From Octopus bimaculoides (lineage: Eukaryota): a stretch of 64,000 nucleotides of DNA. Under the pieces are notes generated by a model that made no database searches, had not been told where the DNA came from, and saw nothing but the letters and a program-made list of their open reading frames with translations. The translations under genes were made by a program, and so were the position numbers. Positions 27,110-41,806 of the stretch are shown here, one piece after another. Location of the stretch: the NCBI RefSeq assembly GCF_001194135.2, contig NC_068997.1:22459115-22523114 (forward strand), in the 5' to 3' direction. Position 1 is the stretch's first letter. Each line of letters begins with the position of its first letter.

Positions 27110-27935
27110 CTGTATCTTACATCGTCTTCCGTTGTAGACTTTATTTTATTCCTTCCTAAATACATCGACACAGCCGGTGTAGTTAACAATTTCATTTGAT
27201 TTGCTATACCTACAATAGTATATGATAGTTTGCCATGAAAAATGTTGGATTGACAGAATCCAGAGGAGTGTCTAGCAACAAACCATATTGTGTTACGTCT
27301 CCACTTTTTGGGTTCTAATTCTGCTAGGATCTTTGTTTCATCTTTTAAAAATGCATCCTTGCAGAATACATATTGCGCAATGCAAAAGTTTTCCTATTAT
27401 TCATTAATTTCCCTCCCATTACTTTCACGCTAAAACTTCAGCAATTTATCTTTCTCTGTGTTTATGCCAAACATTGTGATAGTTACCACACTGGAATTCG
27501 CCGCAGTGACATGCCACCAACAAGCTTTCGTAGTAATAAATTCGTTGTCTCTGATATCACAAATGACACACAGTTCCTCTTTCGTTTCTCAGTGTTAGGT
27601 ATTGGGGAATCTGCAGCTCTTTTCAACATTTCCAATGTGACAAAATCACAAAACATTGAAAAAATATCAGCACGCAGCAGAAGCACATCTTCCTGGGACG
27701 AGCTTCGAGTCACAAGCTGCATGAGTTGAGTGTGGGACAATTTTGGTTATGTTTGGTGTCAACTGTACGGCGTGTGTTGAGTTTAGGTCACATCTGGCTC
27801 AATATGGTGTCAAATACAAGAGGTGTTATGGAGACGAACTTCGTGAACAATCTGTCGGTTTTTGTAACTTTGCGATTGACAGAATTTCGAATAAGAGATC
27901 GTGAATTTGTACCAACATGTTCTTGAATAACCGCA
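27110..27935 (-). mobile_element. decayed PIF/Harbinger (HARBI1-like DDE_Tnp_4) transposase
   Basis: Collinear motifs across frames: DRLFTKFVSITPLVFDTILSQM*PKL (cf. F.NF.RM.P..FD.LL..V.P.I), ITKIVP, SSQEDVLLLRADIFS (cf. EEW..IAD.F), YYYESLLVAC, QYVFCKDAFLK (cf. YVF..D.AFPL), NIFHGKLS (cf. RIFNYRLS), VGIANQMKLLT (cf. FGILANRFR.L). Confidence 0.7.
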
Positions 27936-28013
27936 AATCGCGAATGCGCATATCTACAATCAGAGACGTTGCGTTGATGACTACACCGTGTTTTCTCCAC
28001 ATATGTTTTATTT

Positions 28014-28050
<37 letters not shown>

Positions 28051-28411
28051 GCATTTAAAGGCAGTAAGGTCTTATTTGAGTGAGATTTTGCTGTTTATTC
28101 AAGTAAGTCTGAGGAAAATTTAATGACTTTGTATTTGGTTCAAACAAATACTTGTGTACCAGCCACGATCGATTTAACTGATTGTACAGTTCCCTCAAAA
28201 TTTATAACTTCGTGCTAATGTTATAAATGAATATTTTCATTGAATAAATCAAAAAGATAAATTACTACGCAACCATGATCAGTATTTCCGTTTGGCTCTT
28301 TCGTCCTTCCTCTTTCAAGCAACCATAGTGATCCCCTCTTGTCATGTTATTCAGTTTACTTCCTATCTTGATCACGTAACACGCTTTCTTTCTCGATTTT
28401 TCTAATCTACT

Positions 28412-28630
28412 TTAACCCTTTAGCATTCAGATTATTCTGTCAAATATAATGCTTGTTTATTCACATAGCTTTGAATTAATCATGCATTATCTCTTAGCTT
28501 CTAGAGCTTGATGTTGTGATATTTTAAAATACCATTTTGCAGTAGGGATGTGAGGTCGGATCTAACTGTTTCGAACATAAAATGTGTAGAATACTTGAGC
28601 TGGATATGGCCAGTTTAAATGTTAACGCAT
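28412..28630. mobile_element. TTAA-flanked MITE (piggyBac-like terminus)
   Basis: Left end TTAA|CCCTTTAGCATT; right end degenerate (tttaaatgttaacg, where aatgctaaaggg would be expected). Confidence 0.5.
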
Positions 28631-29007
28631 GAAATGTGTAGGTGCCTGTATGTGATATACTAGGGTATTTCCATTTGTTCCGTTATACCAACTTACGTCC
28701 CATTATTCTATGTGATACTGGTCAATAAACATATACTGTCCCATACCATTCTACCTCTAGTTATTTGTCAAGTCATTACACCACTAGTTGCGTACCACTA
28801 TCACTGTACCAGTTTGTCAAACTACTGCTTAATAAAAATTATGTGATGCACTATTATAATACTAATAATGTTCCGTAATATTTTACCACCACTTTGCGTT
28901 AATTGTCGTATCACACCATTGTGCCACAAATTATGCCATAGCGTTGATGTCTGCTGATGATGTTCGGTGTTAACTTTTTAATGATGCTGTCCAATTTAAT
29001 CCATCAA

Positions 29008-29180
29008 AGGAGTGGACTAGTGTTTAAAACGTTGCACTCGCAATCGCAACATTCGATTCCTGGACCGACCGGGGGGGCGTTGTGTTCTTGAGCAAAGCAT
29101 TTCATTCCCCACTGCTCCCATCCTCTCAACTGTAAGTAAGTAAACCTGCTACAGACTGGTTTCCTTTAGAAGGAGATCCT
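29008..29180 (+). mobile_element. tRNA-derived SINE (family C, V/Meta-like core)
   Basis: tggactagtg...gttgcactcgcaat..ttcgattcctgga head then gcgttgtgttcttgagcaaagcatttcatt; inverted homolog at 34120-34262. Confidence 0.65.
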
Positions 29181-30271
29181 GGAAGCTTGGTCACTTTTAC
29201 GACATGGATGCTGGATAACCAACTTTATGAGTCCTTCTACACGAGATAGTAATGTCCAGATTTGGTAATATTCAGTTTAGTCCCCAGATCTCTATTATTT
29301 CCTCTGTTTGTGGCTTTCATAGTGCCCCTGATGTGCTAGCTACGATATTTCTTTGAATATTTTCGAAAAAAGGATAACATTTGTATCAATGTTTTCTTCA
29401 ATATGGAGATACATTTTAGAAAGTACGCCAAATATCTTTTACATAATGCCACACACCATCAAGGCACTTAAACCTAATACCCAATTTTGGTCAAAACAAT
29501 TAACCAGGGTGCATACATTACAGTTGTGTGTTGGCACAATCCTAAGTGAACATTTTCGAAAGAAGGGCTCTAATTGCTTTGTGCATTCAGTAACTCCCTA
29601 AGGATCACCAGAGAGATTGTTACATTAAGATTCAAATTTCTAAAATCAAAAGTTTATTGCTATGCTTAGAAACCAAGTGATACTGCTGGAAGGGGCCCTA
29701 GTCTTATTTCAGTTTATCAACCACAATTTTGATAATGGAAGCTGGGTATCTGTTGTTCAGTTATATCATATATAACAAACTTGGTATCTGAGATTTGTAT
29801 CGTGTCCTTCGACGTATATATTTCTTCTGTAGGATATTTCATTTTGCTCTTACTGTGATCGATTAGTATAATCTACAGGGTACATGACATAAATATGAAC
29901 TATTTAGTGACATATGTTTACGTTCTAAATTATCATCGAATGCAGGTAACGAGGGGTCCAATAAAATAAGAACTATTCATTAGCGAAGCTCGTTCTCGAC
30001 GATTCATCTCACCCCATAATTTTCGAGCCTTGTAAATGTAGTAGCAATAATTATAATTCTTATTTATTGAAATAGAATCTTGAATCGCATCCAAGATGGA
30101 TATATGTGTTGGTGCGAGCGTGTGTGTGCGTGCGTGTATGTGTGAGAGAGTGCACTGATTAATATCCGTATTTATCGATTTGTCGTTTTTACTATCCATC
30201 TAATCTATATATGTTCGTGTGCGTATATGTATATATGAATATATATATATATTTATTTTTATGTGTGTGTA

Positions 30272-30311
<40 letters not shown>

Positions 30312-30664
30312 GAGTGTGTTTATAAGAGTGATTAAATATCGGTCCTAAACAGAATCCATACTGGATTTACTGAAAGGTGTAACGCTGGAAAAAGATTTTA
30401 TAATCTAAAATATTATATTATATTTTGCATAACACTTCAAGTCGTATTGTGTCATTTGATAAGATATAAAGAACAAGGAGGATAAATGCCATAATAAATA
30501 GTAAAAGTGGCTGAAGTTACGCAAAGCTCAAATGCTTACATGAACTCAATGTGAAATCAATATAATTATATTAATAAGTGCAATACAAACATGACACACG
30601 TACACACACATTCTTAGACACAAATATACTTGGAAATGTTCGTGTGGTTTACATACATACGTAA

Positions 30665-30743
<79 letters not shown>

Positions 30744-31171
30744 CACATAACATAATACAGAACACTACTAACCTTTCAATTAATACCACTATCCCCCATA
30801 CATCCCATGCACCATTCACATTACAGATCTATATCTACCCCAATTACACCAAATCCAGAACTACTTGCACATAATCTTTTTACTCGGGGACTAGTAGACC
30901 TGACACCGTTCAGTAATCGGTGTGCATTCAAAGCAATGATTAGTAATTTTACAAAACCGGTATGCTTTTGAATCTCTTTAACAATTCACAATAATGACTT
31001 TTATTACTTTTATTCTTACTTCAGTTCATCAAATTGTATATATCTATCATTACTTTTCATAAAAAGCCTTTACTTTTTTTCATTTCCAATATGCATTTTC
31101 GCTAATTTTTCTTCATACTTTTACCTTACATCTGCACGTGTAGTTTCTATTTTCTTTTTATAACATATTTC

Positions 31172-31365
31172 TAGAAACACCTTACTTAAAATTTCAAACA
31201 AATTTAGTTTAGTATGGAGTAGGACCGCCTTTAGCAGTAATTACAGCTTGAATTCTACAAGGTAATGACTTGTACAAAGTGTGAATTGATTTCCAAAGGA
31301 ATTTTTTGACCATTCTTCAGAACTTTTTGTCCATTTTCCAGTTCTTGTAATGATGATGTTGGAGA
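31172..31365 (-). mobile_element. Tc1 transposase C-terminus plus 3' flank
   Basis: Frameshifted SSLQELE...EEW.KIPLE.I.TLYKSLPCRIQAVITAKGGPTPY*, the classic Tc1 ending (RR..AVI.AKGG.T.Y). Confidence 0.88.
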
Positions 31366-31415
31366 ATATATATATATTTATATAGGTTATGAGCGAAAGT
31401 GGTGTCAATTAGACC

Positions 31416-31581
31416 CACGACGGGTTTCTTTCAGTTTTCGTCTACCAAGTCCACTCACAAGGCTTTGGTCAGCCCGAAGCTATAGTAAAAGCCACTTGCC
31501 CAAGGTACCACGCAGTGGGACTGAACCATGTGGTCGGTAACTTAACTACTTACCACACAGCAACTTCTGCGCCCTCTCGTT
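31416..31581 (-). mobile_element. family A SINE 5' half
   Basis: cttctttcag..tctaccaagtccactcacaaggctttggtcagcccgaagctatag..cttgcccaaggtaccacgcagtgggactgaac; this uninterrupted copy defines the insertion site in 13675-14239. Confidence 0.9.
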
Positions 31582-32292
31582 GCACAAAATTGTACAGTAT
31601 GCATGTATGTGTAATTTTTTCATACTTTATACTCTCATATTCATTGGAAATAACTGGTAAATACTAAAAAAAAAAAATCTTGATTTTATTTTTTAAAGTA
31701 AATATAAATTTCTCATCCTCATCACCCTATTAAAGGCAAAACAAAACAAAGAAAAATAGTTATCGCCCAGGAATACGATAAAATGGAACACTGTGAAGAA
31801 AAGAAAATTAAAAAAAGAAAACATATATATATAAATAAGAAAATAGAGAATAACACAAAATTGAATCGAAAATTCACCATTCCAGCTTCTGACGTTTGAA
31901 GTGTGCGTGGTTCATAGATTTATGATGTTTTTATATCTTGTTTATTATTTCGGTTATTGCTTATCTCCCCTTCCTTAACCTCCTCCATATACACGCTTAT
32001 ACACAAACGCGCACACATATATGTACAAACAAGCAGACATAATTGTTTTAAACGTTAGCATTAGATATGTCGGCCTTTCGTTTATTTTTATTATATTTTG
32101 ACACCATCGATTGCCAAGGGCACAGTAATAATCATTATATTGACGAGGAAGGCTGGCGGGCTTGTAGAGCGGTTGGATGACTGGCAAGTGAGCAAAAGTA
32201 TAGCGTCATAGGCGTGATTATATTGAGCAGCAGCGGACAGGCAGACACGCAAACACATACTGTGGAGAACAAGCACACACGAGCTCGCGCAT

Positions 32293-32331
<39 letters not shown>

Positions 32332-34119
32332 CACACACATACACGCAAGCAGACAATAATATATGCGCATATAGTTATGTGTTAGCGTGCGTGTGTGTAT
32401 AGGTATATGCATACATACATATACGTGCATATACTCACATACATACATACGTACATACGTACATAAAATACATATATATACCTATATACATACGTAGGTA
32501 TGTACAGATGTTACATCCTCATTATTTGATTATTAGTGCTAATATCTAACCTTATGATGATGTACACTATGTGTCAAATATAATCGAATTTACTTCACTA
32601 ATGTTCTTGTTTTTTTTATTTGTTTTTGTATCTTCCAGCATTGCAATTATTTCATCTAATCATCTTCGTTTAAAATCATATTTGAATAGAGTCTTTCTAT
32701 TCTTCATTGTATAAATACCGTTTTCTAAACGTTTTTAAGGCCTTAATCGAGATCAGTCAAAAGCTTTCCTGTCCAAATTCTGTATTCTCATTACTTTTAT
32801 TATTTTCTTGTCTTTGAATTTAGAGAATTTTGCTTCTTATATCGAATGAATTATACTTATATTTGTTGTAAACCTGTATTTTTCAACGTACACATTTTAT
32901 TCTCTTATATCTTATGACAATGCCAGGTTTGTTCACTTGTGTCTGAGCCTTAGTCTCAGAAATAAATTTAATAACGATAATGATATAATATATAACAGAC
33001 CCTAATCTATTGCAGGTTTAGAAGGTCGACTCCTTACTTGTTCTTATATTCCATTAGATGTATATAGAGCGAGGTGAGGAAATTAGATTGTTTCTTTATT
33101 GATCGATAGCATAAGACCAAAGTTCACTCGATGTTGGGATTTCAATTCAGATGGGAAAGACCTGAAATAATTTCCGCAAGATATTTGTCTAATACTCAAA
33201 CGATTCTGCAAATTGACGGCCATTTATCTGTCGACCTTACGTTTCAGCACATTATTAGTAAACGGAGATTTGTAATAAGGTTAATTCCATCAGTTATGAA
33301 CTCACGTCTATTCTCTACTGATAAAGGGTAGCCTCGCGCATATACAACAAATCATCGCTATTATCACAGTAATCATCCTTGTTCTTCCCGAAGATATAGT
33401 TATCAATATCATCAGCTTTCCCATCGTCTTACAATGGTTGTTGTCATCGTTGTAGTCTTAATCACCACCGTTGTCGCTGTCTCTGGCGAAGGGTTTCTAA
33501 CCAAAGCGTTGAGCATTTTTTTTTCCTTCTACTCGACGATTGATTAAGCCCATGTTTGAATTATTCATCACATGTAAGTTGACTTCGTATTTTAATCGTC
33601 ACAGAGATGTAGTGTACTTTTAACCGTCACAGAGCGTGCATATTATTCACTCGCAGTGCTGCAGTCCTCAAATGTACGTAGGTAGGTTAAACCAAGAATT
33701 AGTCTCTTTACCAAAGAAGCAACAAAAACTCCTCTAAAAAGACCAGAAGCTATGGCTGACGGTTTTCGTTAGACGTAACTTCGAAAAGTCATGTAGGTCG
33801 CATTTTGCGTATGACTGTTCCAGCAGTTCTAACGTCCCCTTTCGATCGTCCTTTTTAATTGAAGTTATACTGCCATATACTGCAGTGTATTTTATTGTAG
33901 TGTAGCGTACCTTGTGGTCCTGATTAGTCCGAAACCATAAACTGTAGTACTTGAAGTGGTTCTCATATTTCTTTTTACTGTAGAACAGGGTAATGCATTG
34001 CAGTGTACTTTGGTGGACATTACTGTCACGAGTCTTAGGACACACGAAGAGGGTTACCCGGCGTTTAACTGACCAAGATCAGACCACACCTCACGAATAG
34101 TATGCCAGTCTGTCTCTGG

Positions 34120-34262
34120 ATACTCCCTTATAGTTAAGTAAAATGGGGCAACGTTAAATGAAATGTTTTGCTCTAGACCACAACGCACCTCCCGATCCAC
34201 AAATCGAAACTGCGGCCTCACAATCGTGAGTGCAACGCTCTCACCACTAGGCCACGTACCTT
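34120..34262 (-). mobile_element. family C SINE 5' part
   Basis: rc ggtacgtggcctagtggtgagagcgttgcactcacga...gtgcgttgtggtctagagcaaaacatttcattt matches 29008-29110. Confidence 0.65.
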
Positions 34263-35315
34263 CAGTCTATGGTAGTGAATAAAATGTTTCTAATAGTTTC
34301 ATGGTTCAAGTGGGTGTCGGTTTTATATTTCAAATGCCACAACTTCTTCAAATATTCCAATAAGTCATCGATAACAAGTACTAGGTCTGACACATTCTTA
34401 AGTATTAAATAAGTGGTTTTCGTCTGCTTCTGAGTGAAGGTCAGCCACGATTACACAGTCTGACAACCGTGGCATTTACCAAGGGAATTGTCACTGTCAA
34501 GACCACCATAAAAGAGAGCTTTGCGAAATACAGTTCTATGTGGTAGGTATAGCTCTGTACGCCGACATGTGTGTGTGTGTGCGTACATTTAACAGTTAGG
34601 TGTTTAATATATATATACCCAAAGAGGGGTCAACTGCCTGAGGTCTACACGGATACATACAAACATGCATTAATACGTAAATACATACATACATACATAC
34701 GGACATACATACAAACAGACAGACACACAGACGTGCATACATACATACACACACACACACACACATACACACACACACACACACACATANNNNNNNNNNN
34801 NNNNNNNNNNNNNNNNNNNNNNNNNNNNNNNNNNNNNNNNNNNNNNNNNNNNNNNNNNNNNNNNNNNNNNNNNNNNNNNNNNNNNNNNNNNNNNNNNNNN
34901 NNNNNNNNNNNNNNNNNNNNNNNNNNNNNNNNNNNNNNNNNNNNNNNNNNNNNNNNNNNNNNNNNNNNNNNNNNNNNNNNNNNNNNNNNNNNNNNNNNNN
35001 NNNNNNNNNNNNNNNNNNNNNNNNNNNNNNNNNNNNNNNNNNNNNNNNNNNNNNNNNNNNNNNNNNNNNNNNNNNNNNNNNNNNNNNNNNNNNNNNNNNN
35101 NNNNNNNNNNNNNNNNNNNNNNNNNNNNNNNNNNNNNNNNNNNNNNNNNNNNNNNNNNNNNNNNNNNNNNNNNNNNNNNNNNNNNNNNNNNNNNNNNNNN
35201 NNNNNNNNNNNNNNNNNNNNNNNNNNNNNNNNNNNNNNNNNNNNNNNNNNNNNNNNNNNNNNNNNNNNNNNNNNNNNNNNNNNNNNNNNNNNNNNNNNNN
35301 NNNNNNNNNNNNNNN

Positions 35316-35685
35316 TATTTCATGGAGTGCGAAAGAATGAAAGGCAAAGTCGACCACGGCAATATTTGAACTCAGAACGCAAAATGCGGGAAGAAATGGC
35401 ACAGATCGGGTTGTTCGGTGTGCTAACGACTCTGCCAGTTCCCCGTCTTTTTTCATTCTAATATAGGCATAAGGCTTGAAATTTTGAGGGAGGGTATCTG
35501 GTCAATTACGCCAACCCTTTCCCCCCACCGCCAGTACTTTACTGGTATTTATTTTATCGATGCCGAAAGGTTGAAAGGCTTAGTCTACCCTGGCGAAATT
35601 CGAACTCAGAGCGTAAAGAGCCAGAAGAAATACCACTAAGGATTTTGTCCGGCGTACCTAACGTGTCTGGCAGCTCGCTGCCGTA
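35316..35685 (-). mobile_element. two head-to-tail family B SINE copies (35316-35448 and 35450-35685)
   Basis: Both contain aaaggc..agtc.acc..ggc....tt.gaactcaga.cg and end in gccag.tc.c.g(c/t)c. Confidence 0.85.
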
Positions 35686-36724
35686 AAGAAAGATGTAAGT
35701 AATACCAGCAATACGATGTTGTTATATCGATCATAATCCCTCCAGCCCTCCCCGATTCTCCATCGACCTATAAAATATAATAATGGGCTTCGTGTCTAGT
35801 CAGAAGAAATCGATAATTTGAAACTTGCTGCTACATACAGCTGCTGCTGTTTCTGATTCCTGCAAATATTGGTGCGGCTGTTGTGGATGTTGTCGGCTGC
35901 AAATATATTTGTTATGGTGGCTGTCGTTATTGTTGTTGTTGTTTTCCTCTTCAGGTCAGTTCTGATAAAAGGGGCATAAAGTACCAAAGAGTTCAAACCA
36001 TAGATCATCACGTTGTTGTTGTTGTTGCTGTTGCTTTATCTTCTCAGCTTAAACCTAAACCAGTAGATCTATGATCGAAGGTTTTCTAGCTGTAAAACAG
36101 CCTGCATTTTATTCGTATATAGCTTCTTCAGGAGAACAATTCTTTATTTGAGAAGAATATCAAGATTCCAACACGAAATTTGGGTATCGCAGGAAGAGAA
36201 ATGACTTTTTGATTGAAACATTTAAAATTTATTGATTGGCAAATCGTTAGAGCGTCGTCTTCTGATTCATTACATTCTTAGTTCAAATCCCACTGAAATC
36301 AACTTTACTTTTCTTCCTTACAAAGTCGATGCTTTCAAATAACAAGTCCCAATTTATTAAAATTCCAGGCCTCGATCTCAGCCATTATTGCAACAAATCA
36401 TTGCAAGATTATTTTTCGTCAATGTTGATTTTAAGAATGTTATGGTTAAAATAATGATTTATTAAATTATGTAAATAATTATTGAAGGCCACAATTTTCT
36501 ACACAAATCTTTTGGACCAGAAACGGCGAAGGCGACCTGGCAGAAAGGAGATTATAAAGAAAAACACAACAAAATGATTAAATTTTGGACCATCTGCCCT
36601 ACTTCAACCCTTATTAAAGATAAAATACGTCATTTTTCTTTGTAAGGTAGTATTTGTGACTTCATTATCTGTAGTGGCTTTCCTTTTTAAGAGAGTAAGG
36701 TTTAATTTAAGGCAATTTGACTGC

Positions 36725-37062
36725 AGGACCACTTTGACTACTATTTTACTCTGGTTGACACCCTACAGCCAATTCCGTATTTAAAATCTGGTTTTATTCA
36801 TACTTCCAAAATTCTTATGTTGTTTTACCCTCATCCACTTGCGTTGGTTTGCAATAACACTCTCTAAGAGAACATGTTTCAGTGATCGAAACAAGTTGAA
36901 CTGTGTAAAATGTTAGAGAGAAAAGCCTTGCTGTTTCTTGCAATAAACACACCTGGGTCTCCAAAATACTAAATAGACCCAGAATTTACAACTTTGTTTA
37001 CATGGAACCACAGAAAATTTTATATAAATCTCCAGGGATCCTAAAGCCGTTTGAGAACAGCT
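36725..37062. mobile_element. hAT-like MITE, degenerate
   Basis: Right end gtttgagaacagctg resembles GAGAACCACTG; the left part is homologous (inverted) to 1360-1410. Confidence 0.45.
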
Positions 37063-37922
37063 GATTTAAGGGTTATATTGCTATTATTTCCAACAGACGA
37101 AGAAGATACTTCCCTTGTTGGCTGGTCATCTTTATAACATCGTATTTGTAACACTTCGTTATTAAATACCCTTCCTTATTTAAGACTAAGAAGCAATTTG
37201 AATCGTGACCATATTGATTTCTTTCTTTTACTCATAATTTTATCTGCGTAGACGATGTTCTAATGCAAAGTAAGAAAGGAGGCTCCAGCGTGGTTAGTTG
37301 CTTTGTTAGAAGTAGTGGTAAAACCTCCATTAAATCAAATTGTTTTGAAAATAAAATTAAAACATAGTAACTAAGCCGTAATTATATTAGAGGAAAAATT
37401 GAACGTTCACAAGTGGAATGTCTTTGCTCGTATTTAAGATAAAACTTTGTTCTTCGACGAAGTGTCCCGTGCTTGAAACGTAGCATTAGATTCATTTCAC
37501 CGTTTAAACTATTTGTATTACATTTTGCCGACGCTTAAAGTTACTACTTTCCTTTGGTTTACTACTCTCGCTGTGAAATACGTACCTTTTATTTTGAAAG
37601 ACGGTGATTAAATATGATTTTCAATTATATCTGGCTGCACTTTCTAGTATGCCTCCCGACCACAGAGGTGAATTACCCCTAGATCCTCTGCTGCTGCTGC
37701 TGCCGCTCTTGTTGTTGGATTTATCATAGTTGCAGATAGGTAAAGGCATCAGTGAAATCATTTCCAAGCAGTTACGGATAAGAAAGGGGCTGTTACTCTG
37801 ACTGTTTCTTATTGCTTGGTCTCGCCTCCATCGCTACTTTCCGTCACCTTTGCTGCTTTCCCTCTACTGCTACTGATGTCTCATGTGTGGCTACCGTTGA
37901 CATGCTACTCGACATCACCACA

Positions 37923-37938
37923 GCTGCTGCTGCTGCTG

Positions 37939-37997
<59 letters not shown>
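37923..37997. repeat. (CTG)n(CTA)n compound trinucleotide repeat
   Basis: Direct reading. Confidence 0.97.
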
Positions 37998-37998
<1 letters not shown>

Positions 37999-39320
37999 AC
38001 ACCGCCGCCGCCGCTGCAGCCCCTATTGCTATTTTAATACTACGCGAGCACCGAGAAAAACCTGATTTCTTTAATCAGTAGAACCGCTAGAAACAACAGT
38101 CAAATCTACCTAAAATCCCATCCTTACTGTCTTAAGATAGACACCTTGTATTACTGCCATATTGAATAATAATGGATGGATCTCAGTTGATTAGGTCGAT
38201 GAACGGTCCAAATGTTCGATCAGCTGGATTACTTAATCATTGAATTACCGCATTATTGCCTATTCATTTAACTAATGTTTCAAGCACAAAGCCCTTCGTC
38301 AGGAAATGAATTAGCTTCCATACGATTAAAGGTGTTTCTTCAGAGGCCATTCAGTTTTTTCTCCCCACATATAGTCCCTATCTACAGCTCTGTTAATGCG
38401 TATATTAGCTTGCGAAAGTGGTAGTGTGTGAACTAAGGGAGATTTGGCTGTTCTCCCAAGCAACCCAGCAACTACGTAGCAGTCTCCTTCGTCACCCCTC
38501 TTGACGCTTTATAGTTTATATACTTTTCGTGAAGCAATTTCATTGATGGGATCTTTTGGATACCTGGTGCAAGAACAATCTGCAATTGCACATCTCTGTA
38601 AAGGATTATTACTATTTAGTCTGATACCTGAGTCTGATGGAAGAGCTTTCTTCGATAGCTACACGATTCTCTAAATCCATATCTTATACTACAAATACAC
38701 ACACACACACACACACATCCTTATTTATGACGTTAGAGCGATGATAACATAGATGTCTGTTAGTCATTTCAAGTGGATCATATGACTATGTAAAGGTTTC
38801 ATCATTATTTAGAACAACGAAAATTTGGAAGGGATTTATATTAGTTCTGCAAACAATATAGATACTGTGAAATAGGTTAAAGATCTTTCTTTCTGAATAA
38901 ACATACATTATAGTCATTCAATATAATATAATTCGCCGAACAAATTCATTCAACTGAAACTATTCACGCAATTTATAGTTATAATCTCCACCATCCTTTC
39001 TTTAAAATTACGAATTAATCGATAACAGTAACACACTGATAATTATTTAATCGATCTCAAAATTTAGCGTGGTGAAATTTGCAATCATCAATTGCTTATA
39101 TACATAGACTCCTGCATACAAATACATGTAGTTTATAGATCCAATATAGGTAGGATCAACAAAATAAAAATAAAAATCCTACATCCAGTGAGAGATAAAT
39201 ATCAATTTAATACACATACCGAAGGAACCACTAACAATTCCATGCTTTCATGATACTTTAAATAAGCATATTTATAAAATACATCATGTATCATCAAGCA
39301 TATATGTATGTGTGTGTGAA

Positions 39321-39402
<82 letters not shown>

Positions 39403-39676
39403 TATATATATATATGTACAAACAAGAGAGCCAGAGACAGGCAGAAACAAGGCAAATGCCCCTTGTATTTGAATATTATGCAAACATTCTTTAAAAAAAA
39501 CTTTTCTTTTAATTTTTCAAAAATCTAATTGTTTTCCATGCTTACAGTTGCAAAAGTCTCGATGACTGAAACAGATACCGAAATGTTATTTATAAAATTA
39601 TTTTAGCATTTTCTACCTTGACTTTTTTTTCCGTATATATCGACTCGTGTGTTCCTTTTCAACCTTCTACATATCT

Positions 39677-39716
<40 letters not shown>

Positions 39717-40129
39717 TGTTTCATATGTAGAACCAAAAATCAAAAACGAACAAGGAAGTAGATTTTTTCTAGCAATAATAGTTAAAATGTTATGTCAACT
39801 TCAAAATGGAAAGACCTGTAAGAGTTCTACGTACTAAGCAAGTAACTTGATCTTAGAGACCATGTATCAAAACCGAAGTAAATATATTGCGGAAGATTGA
39901 TTCTAACCATTAAAACAAAGAACGCTCTTAAATTTTCTTCTATAAATTAAATTTTTTTTCATAAAGCTGCACAAAATATTAAAACAAGCAAAAGTTTTTA
40001 AAAATTCAAAACCGGTATAATTATAGAGGAACTTCAAAAAGTTTAAATCATGCGACATTGTGGAAACAATGGGAATATGCTCAATTATTTTGAATAAAAA
40101 GTTAAATCTCCAAAAGGAGATAAATAGTA

Positions 40130-40702
40130 GTATGAAAATTTTAATCAAGAACTTTGTGTAAAATGGTCAGAATATCTTCAGAAAGTAGGGGATGCTTTAA
40201 TGTAAACGAAGCAACTGTGAGAGTGATTAAAAGACAGGAAGATAAAATATCAAGAACAGTAAAATCTTAAATGGTCAGAACATCTGGACAGAAATTTCGA
40301 AGATAAAACTGCAAAAGTATTGCCGAAAGACAGCTTCTGCGCCAAACAGAGTATGAATGAATTTTTAATAAAATCAACTTTAAAAATCAAACATAAATCA
40401 ACTACAATCTGGATTTTCGGACAGTAAGGAACAGGTTGACGAGTCTTAAAATCGGAGCTTCGTTCTATTTAATAGCAAACTGCTGAGCAAAATTTGATGA
40501 AGCGATTAGAAAGCTGCTTAAGAATTTGCGTCAAAATTTACAAAAATAATGATTTTTGTTTTTTTTTGTTTTGAAGGAGATATCTAACACTGTTGAATCC
40601 GTTCAATTCTGGAAGAAAGGTATCATATTAAGATCACAAAAATGGATAGCAAATTCAAAGCTTCTATAGAAGGAACTACGTGATTATTTGGCTGTAATGC
40701 AT
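40130..40702 (+). mobile_element. decayed pogo/Tigger transposase (CENP-B-type HTH into DDE_1)
   Basis: CFNVNEATVRVIKRQEDKISRTV (cf. YGINESTVR.IKK.E), F.DSKEQVD (cf. FSASKGWF), EGYL, FWKK, KFKASIEGTT*LFGCNA (cf. GFKAAKDRLTLL..GNA); many frameshifts. Confidence 0.75.
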
Positions 40703-40815
40703 TACATTTTATCAAACTGTATAATGATACAGCTTAACAGCAATGATTCTTATACTCTGCTAACATACGTATACACGCACACATATGTACTTAACTGAAT
40801 TGAAGTAGCTATGCA

Positions 40816-40846
<31 letters not shown>

Positions 40847-41046
40847 CCACCCTCTCTCTCTTTTCCCACTATATATTTATATATATGTATTAATGATAAT
40901 TATTTGACTCCGCATCATGTAGGTCATGTAGATTATATTTTAGTGGACGACTAAAACCTTTCCCTCTCATGAGAAATTCTTACTAGATGTTATATATATA
41001 TATATATGTGTGTGTATATATATTCTCATATATATATATATGTATG

Positions 41047-41078
<32 letters not shown>

Positions 41079-41714
41079 TACATACATATATATATCTTAC
41101 ATATATATATATATATATATATATANNNNNNNNNNAGCGAGAGAGAGACAGAGATGGATATAAAATTACAAGTGTGTACATATACATATACATACATGCA
41201 CACAAATACACACAGACAATGCACAGACATACACACACGCACATACATATAGATATATATAACGTTACAAATCCATATCTATCTGATGATTCAGTTTCTT
41301 CTCTACTCTCCTGATAATTTATATTCACATTGAAAAATCGTTGTCTTGTATTATTGTTTATTGTTTTCTCGTTGTATAGCATTTCAAAGACATCACATTA
41401 CGACACTGAAATTCACTCATTATTTATCAATAACTTACTATTTACGTTACACTGTCTGACTGTTGAAACAGCAAGGAAATTTGACCATTTAAAGAGCACT
41501 CTTATGGAACAGAAACATTTATATATGCTTTAATTATGTTTAGTATATCATCTGAATCTCTGATGAAATATCTATAATGAAAAATAAAGGACGCAATATA
41601 TCATGCACTGAAGACGTACAGTAATATGGAATAAATGTTTTAAAAGCAAGTCGTATAGAAAGAAATTAAGCTGATATTGTCTGTAAATTAGTTATAATAT
41701 TAGGTTTCTTCTTT

Positions 41715-41717
<3 letters not shown>

Positions 41718-41803
<86 letters not shown>
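41718..41803. repeat. (CT)n microsatellite
   Basis: Direct reading. Confidence 0.98.

Positions 41804-41806
<3 letters not shown>

Noticed and set aside
34430-34540. GNCHCQDHHKRELCE, EGF-like cysteine spacing
   Set aside because: Only a partial pattern, with an in-frame stop immediately upstream and a weak acceptor.
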